Assembly (NCBI GenBank): GCA_902562525.1
Contig: CACETT010000003.1
Span: forward strand, 1 to 52,877
Reading direction: 5' to 3'
Length of the DNA stretch: 52,877 nucleotides
Source of the DNA: an uncultured Alphaproteobacteria bacterium
GTDB taxonomy: Bacteria; Pseudomonadota; Alphaproteobacteria; UBA7887
The notes beneath the pieces are model-generated. The model was not told the origin of the DNA. It saw only the letters and a program-made list of their open reading frames with translations, and did no database searches. This document shows, one piece after another, positions 10,419-20,043 of the stretch. The position numbers and the translations under genes were made by a program. Within the stretch, counting starts at the first letter, position 1, and every line of letters begins with the position of its first letter.

Positions 10419-11535
10419 ATGCGGACAGAGACGGAGGTAACTCTAACAGAGCTTCGCCAGTCAATGGTATTGCTAAGGGGGCATCTTTGACCCGGACTCA
10501 GCGACGGAGCGCCTAGAAGACCTAAACAAGCAGATTGAACGGCCTGATTTTTGGAGTGACCAAGAGACGGCAAGAAAAGTTATGCGGGAGCGCACTCAAC
10601 TTGAAGATGCGATTAAACAATATGATGAGTTGGATCAGTCTCTTGCTGACTATCTAGAACTAATTGAATTGGCTGTCGCTGAAGATGATAGTGAGGTCTT
10701 GGCTGACGCTGAAAAAGGTTTAGCGGAACTAGCGGCGACGGCCAGGGTTTTGGAACTTGAAACAATGTTATCGGGAGAAGCCGATGGCAACGATTGTTTC
10801 GTCGAGATACACGCTGGAGCGGGAGGGACGGAAAGCCAAGACTGGGCAGCTATGCTGCAGCGCCTATATTTACGTTGGGCTGAGGACCACGAATTTCAGA
10901 CAGATCTGGTGGAGCAGGGGCCTGGGGAGGAAGCGGGTATTAAAACAGGTGTAATTAAAATATCTGGAACGAATGCATATGGCTGGCTAAAAACTGAAAG
11001 CGGTGTTCACCGGTTGGTCCGAATTTCGCCTTTTGATTCGAATTCACGCAGGCACACAAGCTTTGCGAGTGTCTGGGTCTATCCACTAGTCGACGATGCC
11101 ATAAATATAGAAATTGAGGATAAAGATTTACGGGTAGACACATATCGGGCTTCGGGAGCTGGAGGGCAGCACGTAAATAAAACTGATTCCGCTGTGCGCC
11201 TTACTCATGAGCCTACCGGTATAGTGGTGCAGTGCCAAAATCAGAGATCTCAGCACAAGAACCGTGCTACGGCTATGCGCATGCTTAAGTCGAGACTATA
11301 CGAAATGGAGTTACAAAAACGAGAGGCAGATATGGCGGAACAAGAGGCAGATAAAAAAGAGATAGGATGGGGTCATCAGATTCGTTCCTATGTTCTTCAG
11401 CCCTATCAACTTGTGAAGGATTTACGGACTGGTTTTGAGACGAGTAATACCAGTGCAGTTCTGGATGGTGAGATTGATGAATTTCTTAGTGCAGCTTTAA
11501 CTAAGAATGTTACTAAGGGTAATGCTAAGACGTAG
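10419..11535 (+). CDS. prfB: Peptide chain release factor 2, with programmed +1 frameshift
   Basis: ATG at 10419 behind a GAGGAG RBS gives 23 codons ([23 protein letters not shown]) ending CTT TGA C. The +1 frame continues [24 protein letters not shown] into the tracked ORF with SPF and GGQ motifs. Confidence 0.96.
10476..10491 (+). promoter_or_regulatory. prfB +1 ribosomal frameshift site
   Basis: AGGGGG (internal SD-like, 10476-10481), CAT, then CTT-TGA-C (10485-10491), the canonical RF2 autoregulatory cassette. Confidence 0.93.
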
Positions 11536-12325
11536 TGGGGTTGTTAATGCCATAGGCTCCCGCCCACTCCAATGTCTCTGCAGTGTCCTTACTTGGGCGA
11601 TACTCACAACCCACCCAATTGTTATAGTCTAAGGACTCAAGAAGTTGAAAGAGGTGTGGGTAATTAATTTCACCCTGGCTTGGTTCACAACGCCCAGGCA
11701 GGTTTGAGATCTGAAAGTGTGAAGTGATATCAATATTTTCTAATACTAGTGTTGTAAGATCTCCTTGCATGACCTGGGCATGATAGAAATCAAATTGAAG
11801 CCGTATATTATCGTGAGACAATTCAGTGATAATATCTCGGGCAACGGGAATTTTGGTAAGAAAGTACCCTGGAATATCTCTCTTGTCGTTAATCGGCTCA
11901 ATTAATAAATTAATTCCGTGTTTGGCGGCTATAGGGGCCGCTCTCTCCAAGTTACTCACAAAGGCTAATCTCGCCGTATCCCAGTCCTCAGGAGATTTGA
12001 GTACACCTGCCATCACATGAATTTGGCTGCAATTCAGAATATTGGCGTATTCGATTGCCTGTTGTATATCATCCCAAAAGGCTGTTTCCATGCCAGGGAC
12101 CGCAGCTCTGCCCCGTTCTCCATTTTTGGTGTTTCCAGCAGCCGAATTTATTAGAACCTGAGTAAGAGAGTGTTCTTTCAGCGCATCTGCTATGTCTTCC
12201 GCAGGCCATTGATATGGGGACAAAATCTCCACACCTTTAAAACCAAATGCTGCTGCTTTTGCAAAACGATCCATGAATGGATCTTCGGAAAACAGTAGAG
12301 AGAGATTGGCTGCAAGTTTTATCAT
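11525..12325 (-). CDS. Hydroxypyruvate isomerase (Hyi) family TIM-barrel protein
   Basis: [59 protein letters not shown]. Confidence 0.88.
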   Translation of the reverse strand: MIKLAANLSLLFSEDPFMDRFAKAAAFGFKGVEILSPYQWPAEDIADALKEHSLTQVLINSAAGNTKNGERGRAAVPGMETAFWDDIQQAIEYANILNCSQIHVMAGVLKSPEDWDTARLAFVSNLERAAPIAAKHGINLLIEPINDKRDIPGYFLTKIPVARDIITELSHDNIRLQFDFYHAQVMQGDLTTLVLENIDITSHFQISNLPGRCEPSQGEINYPHLFQLLESLDYNNWVGCEYRPSKDTAETLEWAGAYGINNPTTS

Positions 12326-12330
12326 GATAC

Positions 12331-13500
12331 TTACTTCTCGACGTTTGGAAGGGCAGCCTCCGCTAGTCTAACAAAAAAACTAGCACCAACCGGAAGAATA
12401 TCATCATTGAAATTATAATGAGGGTTATGCAGGTGTGCACTTTCTCCTATAAGGCCATTACCAATCCAGGCGTATGCGCCAGGTAGCTCTTGAAGATAAA
12501 ATGAAAAATCCTCTGATCCCATGGAGTGTTGTGCTTCGACTGATTCTTGACCGGTTACTTTAATTGCTACTTCGCGAGCAAAATCAGCCTCTTCCTCATG
12601 ATTAACTGTTGGGGGATAGACTTCATCATAAGAAAAGTCGACTTTGACATTATGGGCAGATGCTATTCCATCCAACATTTGGTGCATTCGTTTTTTATTA
12701 CTTGCCCCCAAATCAGTGTCAAAATATCGGACCGTGCCGCCAAAAACAACAGAGTCTGGAATTACATTAAATGCATCCCCACCGTTGATTTTAGTCACGG
12801 AAATAACAAGAGTTTCCTTAGGGTCCGCGGATCGCGACACTAGGCTTTGCAGCCCACTTATCATCAAGGAGCTTGCGACCACAGGATCGACTGCTTTGTG
12901 GGGCATGGCACCATGTCCTCCTTGACCTGTTACCGTAACCAAAAATGTATCCGCTGCCGCCATTATAGGTCCCGGTGAAATTAGAATTTCTCCACTTGGT
13001 GCGCCCGGCCAATTATGCACTCCGTAAACTGAATCGACAGGAAATTTTTCGAACAAACCATCCTTCATCATGGCTCTTGCACCAGCAAACCCTTCCTCGG
13101 CAGGTTGGAATATAAGGACTATTGTTCCTCGAAAATTTTTTGTCTCCGCGAGGTATCTTGCCGCACCTAATAGCATTACCGTATGTCCGTCATGCCCACA
13201 GGCATGCATGACCCCTTGATGGACAGAGCTATAGTCAGCTCCTGTTTCTTCACTTATGGGGAGAGCGTCCATGTCGGCCCGAAGAGCTATTCTTGGGCCA
13301 TCACCATTTTTTATAACCGCGACAACTCCAGTGCCACCTATGCCTTCCGCAATTTCGGTAATACCGAATGATTTCAAGAGCTTCACTACTTGACCAGCAG
13401 TTCGCTTTTCCTCATAAGCTAATTCCGGATGTTGATGTATGTCATGACGCCAGTCCTTCATATCATCATGATATGCGGAGATACGATTAACGATAGGCAT
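12331..13500 (-). CDS. M20D family amidohydrolase (hippurate hydrolase-like)
   Basis: RHDIHQHPEL, LRADMDAL, MHACGHDGH, FQPAEE, GSEDF, LHNPHYNFND. Confidence 0.92.
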   Translation of the reverse strand: MPIVNRISAYHDDMKDWRHDIHQHPELAYEEKRTAGQVVKLLKSFGITEIAEGIGGTGVVAVIKNGDGPRIALRADMDALPISEETGADYSSVHQGVMHACGHDGHTVMLLGAARYLAETKNFRGTIVLIFQPAEEGFAGARAMMKDGLFEKFPVDSVYGVHNWPGAPSGEILISPGPIMAAADTFLVTVTGQGGHGAMPHKAVDPVVASSLMISGLQSLVSRSADPKETLVISVTKINGGDAFNVIPDSVVFGGTVRYFDTDLGASNKKRMHQMLDGIASAHNVKVDFSYDEVYPPTVNHEEEADFAREVAIKVTGQESVEAQHSMGSEDFSFYLQELPGAYAWIGNGLIGESAHLHNPHYNFNDDILPVGASFFVRLAEAALPNVEK

Positions 13501-13637
13501 GCGCTTTTACCTTCTATGATGAAATAGTAATTGGCACAATTATAGCATATCATCGGCTTCAACGTCGGTAATAATATGGTTATTCAGTTAAGGCGACGAA
13601 GTTGCAGATGGCTTGCTCGGGGCTGAAGTAGAGAAAA

Positions 13638-15170
13638 ATGTGGGAAATCAAACATTCCGGTCAGGCTACAGTGGGGAGCCTTCTCGCTCAACAGGCTCGG
13701 ATCAGGCCAGAAGAGATAGCGGTAGAATTTAATGACCTTTGCCGGTCCTTTGCGGTTTTAAATGAGAGAGTTAATAGGCTTGCCAACGCTCTTGTTGAGT
13801 GCGGTGTGGAGAGGGGAGATCGGCTTGCTGTATTGTCAGAAAATCGCCTTGAGTATGTTGAGATTTATTTTGCGGCCTCCAAAATTGGGGCAATAGTATG
13901 TGCACTTAATTGGCGGTTGCGAAATATTGAGTTGGGTCATTGTATAAAACTCACTGAACCTAAAATTATTTTTGTGTCTCCTAAATATGAAGAAAACGCA
14001 AATTTCCCAGGTGCGGGGAGTGATTTAAAAATAGTTTTAGGAGAAACTTTTGAGAGATTTGTGAGCCAGGGGTTGCCAAAAGAGCCGGAAGTCCAGGTCG
14101 ATCCTGAAGATCCGTTGGTCATCCTCTATACCAGTGGAACGACGGGCTTGCCAAAGGGTGCGGTAATAAGTCATCGGGCCTTCATCGCCAGAGTCAATGT
14201 TTTCTGTGTAGATTATGGGATGACGAGGGACGATACTTTTGTTGCCTGGGCACCTATGTTTCACATGGCTTCCACGGATTTATCTATTGGTATGCCGTTA
14301 ATTGGTGGGCGCGTTATTATTGTAGATGGTTTTGATACGCTCCGTTTGGGAGAAGTCATCGCGACAGAACGGTTGGGTTGGTTAGTCCTTATGCCCGGGG
14401 TTGTTGATAGGTTGATCACGCATATTGAGAATGAATCCATTATCCCACGGGGTATTCTAATGATTGGTGCGATGGCTGATTTATTGCCTCCTAGTCAGGT
14501 GCAGAAAATATCACAACTTCTTTCCAGTCCCTTTCTAAATAGTTTCGGTTCGACAGAAACAGGGATCCCACCTTGTTCAGGGAGTATGTTGAAGTTTGAT
14601 GCTGACTCTTTATCCCTATCAAAGACTCAAAACTCGCTTTGCGTGGTTAAACTTGTTGATGAAAACGACGAGGAAGCAGAAGTTGGTATTCCAGGTGAAA
14701 TGGCTGTGCGGGGCCCCACATTATTTAGTGGTTACTGGAACGCTGAAGAAACTAATCTTAGAGATTTTAGAAACGGTTGGTTTCATATGGGAGATATGTT
14801 CCGGCGTAACGAGAATGGTACGTTCGATTTTGTGGATAGGGCAAAATATTTGATTAAGTCCGGGGGTGAAAATATTTATCCGGCGGAAATCGAACGGGTT
14901 TTGCTGAGTGATGAGCGGATTATTGAGGCAGTAGTGGTAAAACGTGCCGACCCCCTATGGGGGGAAGTGCCGGTCGCGGTAATTGCTTGTGCTGCATTGC
15001 CTATGACCGAAGAGCAGGTTTTTAAGATTTGTCGTCCAAACTTAGCAGGTTTTAAACAGCCCAAGCAGGTAGTATTTTGTTCCCTAGGGGACTTTCCTCG
15101 AAGTACAACTGGGAAAATCCTAAGACACGAAATTGAAGAATTGGTGGAGCAAAAATATTCGAAGTCATGA
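13638..15170 (+). CDS. Acyl-CoA synthetase (AMP-binding family)
   Basis: YTSGTTGLPKG, FGSTETG, WFHMGD, IKSGGENIYPAEIE, TGKILR. Confidence 0.93.
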   Translation: MWEIKHSGQATVGSLLAQQARIRPEEIAVEFNDLCRSFAVLNERVNRLANALVECGVERGDRLAVLSENRLEYVEIYFAASKIGAIVCALNWRLRNIELGHCIKLTEPKIIFVSPKYEENANFPGAGSDLKIVLGETFERFVSQGLPKEPEVQVDPEDPLVILYTSGTTGLPKGAVISHRAFIARVNVFCVDYGMTRDDTFVAWAPMFHMASTDLSIGMPLIGGRVIIVDGFDTLRLGEVIATERLGWLVLMPGVVDRLITHIENESIIPRGILMIGAMADLLPPSQVQKISQLLSSPFLNSFGSTETGIPPCSGSMLKFDADSLSLSKTQNSLCVVKLVDENDEEAEVGIPGEMAVRGPTLFSGYWNAEETNLRDFRNGWFHMGDMFRRNENGTFDFVDRAKYLIKSGGENIYPAEIERVLLSDERIIEAVVVKRADPLWGEVPVAVIACAALPMTEEQVFKICRPNLAGFKQPKQVVFCSLGDFPRSTTGKILRHEIEELVEQKYSKS

Positions 15171-15217
15171 TTTATATCTTTTCGATGTAGAAAATTTAAA
15201 TTGCAGACTTCACTGAT

Positions 15218-15817
15218 TCAAGTTTTCTTTGCTAGCCGACGCTTTAGAAACTCGTCCCGCATGTCAAAGCCATTTCCTGGTTTAGCGACCATCTCGTTAG
15301 GTTTGGTGGGTGCTGATACATTTGGCCATTGCCCTGGTTGTGGTTTTGAGCCTTCTAAGGCTACTTTTAGCGGCTTGCTCTCAACTATCGCTGGTGCTTC
15401 TATAATTTCCAAGTAATTCCAGGAAGCTTCAAGGGGGAGGTTATTACAAGGGTCAAAAAAATAAATCGACCACAAGGTTCCGTGATCGATTGCCTCAGAT
15501 ACTTCGATTTTTGCTGCCAGTAATTTATCCCTCAGACCAAAAAGAGCTTCACGAGATTCAACGGTAAAGGAAACATGGTCAAATCCTATTGGCTCAGTGG
15601 TGGGGGATCCATGAAATTTTTCGTATTTCATGGGCTTGGCTTCATCATATTCAAAAAATGCCACGGAGCCCTCGCCACACTTAAAAAAATAATGTCGGAA
15701 TCCAGGATGCCCAACCCCGAAAATTAAATCCATTTCCAAAAGGTCTCTGTAAAATCGGATTGTTTTTTCCATGTCGGAGGTTATAAAAGCTAAGTGATTC
15801 AAACCAGTAAAAATCAT
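15218..15817 (-). CDS. VOC (glyoxalase/bleomycin resistance/dioxygenase) family protein
   Basis: GLNHLAF, RFYRDLL, FDHVSF, SIYFFDP...LEAS. ATG at 15817 is preceded by GAGG; the track start at 15856 is probably too long. Confidence 0.85.
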   Translation of the reverse strand: MIFTGLNHLAFITSDMEKTIRFYRDLLEMDLIFGVGHPGFRHYFFKCGEGSVAFFEYDEAKPMKYEKFHGSPTTEPIGFDHVSFTVESREALFGLRDKLLAAKIEVSEAIDHGTLWSIYFFDPCNNLPLEASWNYLEIIEAPAIVESKPLKVALEGSKPQPGQWPNVSAPTKPNEMVAKPGNGFDMRDEFLKRRLAKKT

Positions 15818-15952
15818 ATGCCGCCTCGACGTTACTTTATGTAGGGTGTAAGGCATTCTAGTTTATCTAATCAAATAAATAAACAAAGTGTACGCTAACA
15901 TTTTAACAGTCGGGCTCCTTCTAGCACTGCGGCACATTGTTGAAAATGGAAA

Positions 15953-16882
15953 ATGAGAAGCAAAACTAAGGTTTTTTTTGGTGCTCTTGAGGGGAACACC
16001 AAAGCGGTTTTATTTATGGTGGTTGGCACAATATTTTTCTCCATGATGCATGCTCTTATTCGATATATGTCAGATGAGTTGCATGCCTTTGAGCTAGCTT
16101 TTTTCAGAAATTTATTCGGAGCGATAGTTATACTTCCGTGGCTGTTTCGGTCTGGTTTTGCGCCATTAAAAACTGAACGGTTGGGGTTGCATTCTGTTCG
16201 TGGGATAGTTAATGGCGCGGGGATGCTGATGTTTTTTTATGCGGTGACCATAACTCCTTTGGCTGATGTCACCGCTCTTTCCTTCACTGCTCCAATTTTT
16301 GCAACTGTTTTGGCAATTGTCTTTCTAGGAGAAACAGTTGGCGCTAGGCGTTGGACAGCAATTTTTGTAGCGTTTTTTGGAGCTCTAGTAATTCTTCGAC
16401 CTGGTTTGGTGGAAATTAGTCAGGGACAGATTCTCGCCTTAAGCGCGGCAGCCCTATGGGCATGCGCATTGATTATGATTAAGGTCCTAGGTCGGACTGA
16501 TTCCAGCATCACCATCATTGCCTACATGATTATTTTTCAGGTGCCGGTTTCGGGCCTAGCAGCGGCTGCTGTTTGGGTGTCACCTAGTTTTGAGCAGCTT
16601 TGCCTGATGGCACTTATGGGCGTCATTGGTACCCTTGGGCAATGGCTATTGGTAGAGGCTTTGAAGGCAGGGGATACCAATGTGGTAATGCCGTTCGATT
16701 TTCTTAAGATGATTTGGGCAGTACTTTTTGGTTTTTTCTTTTTTAATGAGTTTCCTGATGTTTTTACCTGGGTTGGGAGTGCCATAATTTTTGGAAGTGC
16801 CATATATATAGCCATACGTGAGAGAAAAACTGCTAGGAGAGTTGGGGATAAACTGATCAGCAGACCCTCAGATCAATCGTAA
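15953..16882 (+). CDS. DMT/EamA family permease
   Basis: About ten hydrophobic segments; FFRNLFG, LSFTAPIF, GETVGARRW, PFDFLKMIWA. Confidence 0.9.
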   Translation: MRSKTKVFFGALEGNTKAVLFMVVGTIFFSMMHALIRYMSDELHAFELAFFRNLFGAIVILPWLFRSGFAPLKTERLGLHSVRGIVNGAGMLMFFYAVTITPLADVTALSFTAPIFATVLAIVFLGETVGARRWTAIFVAFFGALVILRPGLVEISQGQILALSAAALWACALIMIKVLGRTDSSITIIAYMIIFQVPVSGLAAAAVWVSPSFEQLCLMALMGVIGTLGQWLLVEALKAGDTNVVMPFDFLKMIWAVLFGFFFFNEFPDVFTWVGSAIIFGSAIYIAIRERKTARRVGDKLISRPSDQS

Positions 16883-16982
16883 TAGCTTGAACTTTTTCTT
16901 GCTAATATCGGTGTGTAGTTCCATTTTTTGGTTCATTAGCTATACTCACAGGGAATCGGTCTTGCGCTGTGGAGAATTATAG

Positions 16983-17882
16983 ATGACCCCAGATGAAATT
17001 TTGTTGGAACCTGCTCGAGTTTTGAACCAGGCTCAAAGAGAGTTTTATTTTGAGAATGGATATATTTGTGTGGAGGGGCTAATAGGGAAAGACCTTCTTG
17101 GGCAACTGCGTAATGTAACTTCGGAGTTTATAGAGAAGAGCCGTGGGAGTGAGGAAAGCAATGATGTGTTTGATATAGCCCCAGGCCATTCTAGGGAATT
17201 GCCCCGCCTCCGAAGAATTAAGGAACCAGACGCACAACATGAGACATATTGGTCCTTTAGTAATGGAGTGATAGCCGATGTCGCAGCAGATTTGGTAGGT
17301 CCTAACGTTTTTTTTCATCATTCAAAATTAAATTTTAAATGGCATGAGGGCGGTGACACAGTGCAGTGGCACCAGGATATCCAATTTTATCCTCATACTA
17401 ATTATAGTCCTTTGGCTATTGGTTGCTATTTAGAAGATACGGGCCCTGATGATGGGCCAGTTGGAATTATTCCGGGATCCCATGATGGACCGTTGTATGA
17501 GTTATATGACGAAGAAGGGAAATGGACAGGAGGATTGCGGGATGAAGATGTTGTGGGCCTTGATACTTCGCGAGCGGTATACTTAAGTGCTCCAGCAGGT
17601 TCAATAACCATTCATAATTCCAGAACCGTTCACGGGTCTCCGCCCAGCAAGCGGGCCGATGGGAGACCCTTGCTGATAAATGCATACGCATCCGCAGATG
17701 CCTTTGCGTATACGCCGAGCCCGGCTGCATCTAAAAACTATCGGGCTATTGTGAGAGGGAAATCTGTTAAATGGGCTCATCATGATCCACGGCCTTGCCC
17801 CATACCACCAGACTGGTCAGGTGGCTATACCTCGATTTTTGCGGCTCAGGCTGGTGACAAGTCTGAGGCAGTCACGGGCTAG
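16983..17882 (+). CDS. PhyH family dioxygenase, paralogue of 4448-5341
   Basis: HSKLNFK, WHQDIQ, PHTNYSP, RTVHGS, C-terminal WAHHDPRPCPIPPDWSGGY shared with the 4448 gene. Confidence 0.88.
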   Translation: MTPDEILLEPARVLNQAQREFYFENGYICVEGLIGKDLLGQLRNVTSEFIEKSRGSEESNDVFDIAPGHSRELPRLRRIKEPDAQHETYWSFSNGVIADVAADLVGPNVFFHHSKLNFKWHEGGDTVQWHQDIQFYPHTNYSPLAIGCYLEDTGPDDGPVGIIPGSHDGPLYELYDEEGKWTGGLRDEDVVGLDTSRAVYLSAPAGSITIHNSRTVHGSPPSKRADGRPLLINAYASADAFAYTPSPAASKNYRAIVRGKSVKWAHHDPRPCPIPPDWSGGYTSIFAAQAGDKSEAVTG

Positions 17883-19504
17883 GTGCTGGAGGAAGTAGAA
17901 ACTATTTTTTCCTGCGCCAAGTCTCTTAGAACTGTCCGTTGAATCTTAGTTCCATTAGGACCAGAAGTAGTAGGAAACTTGCTGATCAAAAATACATAGG
18001 CAGGCACTTTATACTTCGCGAGGCTAGTCTGACAGAATTCTCTGATTTCCTGCGTGCTGACATAGGTTCCTTTTTCCGTCGTTATGAAGGCTGCGCAGGT
18101 TGGCCTTTTAGGCCCATTTATTCCCACTACCTGGCAGCCTATGACTTTCGGGTGTTTTTGGATGAAGCTTTCGATTTCCTCTGGATTTACGAGAAATCCA
18201 CCGAGCCTAAGTACGTCGCCCATGCGAGATAAGAATTCAAAACTTCCATCATCGCAAATTTTTCCTAAGTCACCACTCTTAAAAAAGCCATCCTTGGTAA
18301 CTGCCCGTGCTGTTGCATTGGGGTTCTGATAGTAACCTTCCATTTGACTGACAGATTTAAACTCAAGTTCGCCAACTTCTCCCTTTGGAAGAGTTTCCCC
18401 AGTTTCTGGATCCCTAACCCTAACTTTGGTGCTCTCGCCGACAGGAAAACCACCCATTCGCCGACGTTGAGAAGCGGGCAGCTCTGGTCTTTGGATCGCA
18501 AGAAAAGCAAGTAATTCGCTTGTGCCATAAAGTCCCACTAGGGCTAATCCAAATTCTTCAGATGTTTGGACAATATCCGCCAGAGAAGGAGTAAAATTTG
18601 CGTAGCCGCAGAAAGCAACCGAAGTAAAATCAGTTATGTTAGTGCTTTCATGGAGTAATCGATCAAACATTTCATCGCTTCCATTGAGGTGGGTGACATT
18701 GTGTTCTTTTATCAAATCTATCGTGCTAGTTGCATCGAATGACGGAAGGCAAAGAATGGAAGCCCCAGAAGAGATGGCGGCCATTGCCTGGGAAAAGCCA
18801 AACACTCCACAAAATGGAATAGCCTGCAGAATCACAGCAGAAGGAATGTCTAATTTAAGTGTTTTTGCGATATCCTTGGCATGAGAGGCGATACCATTCT
18901 GATTATGTACAACCAATTTGGGTAAACTCGTTGTGCCAGATGTGGTGAACATTATACACTTTGAGGAAGGAGTAATAGTTGTCAATAACGATAATGGGGA
19001 GCTACTTTGAGTTAGTTTTGCATAGGGAATGAGTTGAATTTTTTCGAGGCCTTTTCCTTCCCCAGAGGGCTTGCCGATGGTAATGACTGTTTCTAGTGCG
19101 ATTAGGAAATGCTCGTCTATCTGGCTAAGTTTGGATAAATATTTGTCATCGCCCGGGTTAGAAAAAATAAATAGAGCCTTGCAGCCAGAGCGATTTAGTA
19201 TGTCAGCTACTTCTGTAGTGCCAAACCTTGTGTTAATGGAGACAGCTATTGCTCCTAGGTGCGCAGACGCAAAAAACACCTCAATCCACTCTGGGATATT
19301 AGGCAGCCATATTCCTATCCGGTCTTCTTTTTTGATGCCCAATTTTTCGAGCTGAGAAGCCAAATTATATACTCGCTTCTGTAAGGTTCCGTATGAAATA
19401 CGTTCCTTGTTATGAAGAAGCGCTGTCGCACTTGGATTTATCTTACTTGTTTGGTCAAGTAAGTTGATGAGTGTTTGGGAAGGTGATTTATTTTGTTTGG
19501 GCAT
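17879..19504 (-). CDS. Acyl-CoA synthetase (AMP-binding family)
   Basis: TTSGTTSLPK, LYGTSE, FFKSGDLG, RLGGFLVNPEEIE, GTKIQR. Confidence 0.9.
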   Translation of the reverse strand: MPKQNKSPSQTLINLLDQTSKINPSATALLHNKERISYGTLQKRVYNLASQLEKLGIKKEDRIGIWLPNIPEWIEVFFASAHLGAIAVSINTRFGTTEVADILNRSGCKALFIFSNPGDDKYLSKLSQIDEHFLIALETVITIGKPSGEGKGLEKIQLIPYAKLTQSSSPLSLLTTITPSSKCIMFTTSGTTSLPKLVVHNQNGIASHAKDIAKTLKLDIPSAVILQAIPFCGVFGFSQAMAAISSGASILCLPSFDATSTIDLIKEHNVTHLNGSDEMFDRLLHESTNITDFTSVAFCGYANFTPSLADIVQTSEEFGLALVGLYGTSELLAFLAIQRPELPASQRRRMGGFPVGESTKVRVRDPETGETLPKGEVGELEFKSVSQMEGYYQNPNATARAVTKDGFFKSGDLGKICDDGSFEFLSRMGDVLRLGGFLVNPEEIESFIQKHPKVIGCQVVGINGPKRPTCAAFITTEKGTYVSTQEIREFCQTSLAKYKVPAYVFLISKFPTTSGPNGTKIQRTVLRDLAQEKIVSTSSST

Positions 19505-20043
19505 TGACCAGATATTAGACCTTTTGGGCCCCTTATTAGTTCATGAATTTAGGCTAATGTGTTATTCAACAGGTACTCTTTAGTTTCTACTATTTTATTA
19601 CAATATGTTAGGGTATCTAAAATCACAGAGGGGAACGTGTGTGTAGCTTCACTTATGGTGAATTTGAGACAATTTCCTAGTATTAAAAATCCAAGTTGAG
19701 TGAGATAGCCGTCCTAGGCTGACATATTGTAGGGCTATAAAAAACTTCTTTTTTTGAACCAGAAATACGACACAGTGGTTGGGTTTTTAGGCGCTCGTTC
19801 CTTACTATAGGTCCTGATCCAGGCTTGCTTGATTTTGCAATTGTCTATTCTTAAATCTTATAGCAAGAGTTGTTCATCAGATTTTGGAAGCTCAAAGCCG
19901 TATCACGAGCTGTGACACTTGGGAATGTGTGCTGTTTGGAAGAAGGTATAAGGAAACTGAGAAAAAGATAGGGTACGATTAGCTTTAGCAAAAGATATAA
20001 TTTAATTAAGTGTGGCGGACTTTGATGTAGAGGGAAGAGGCAA

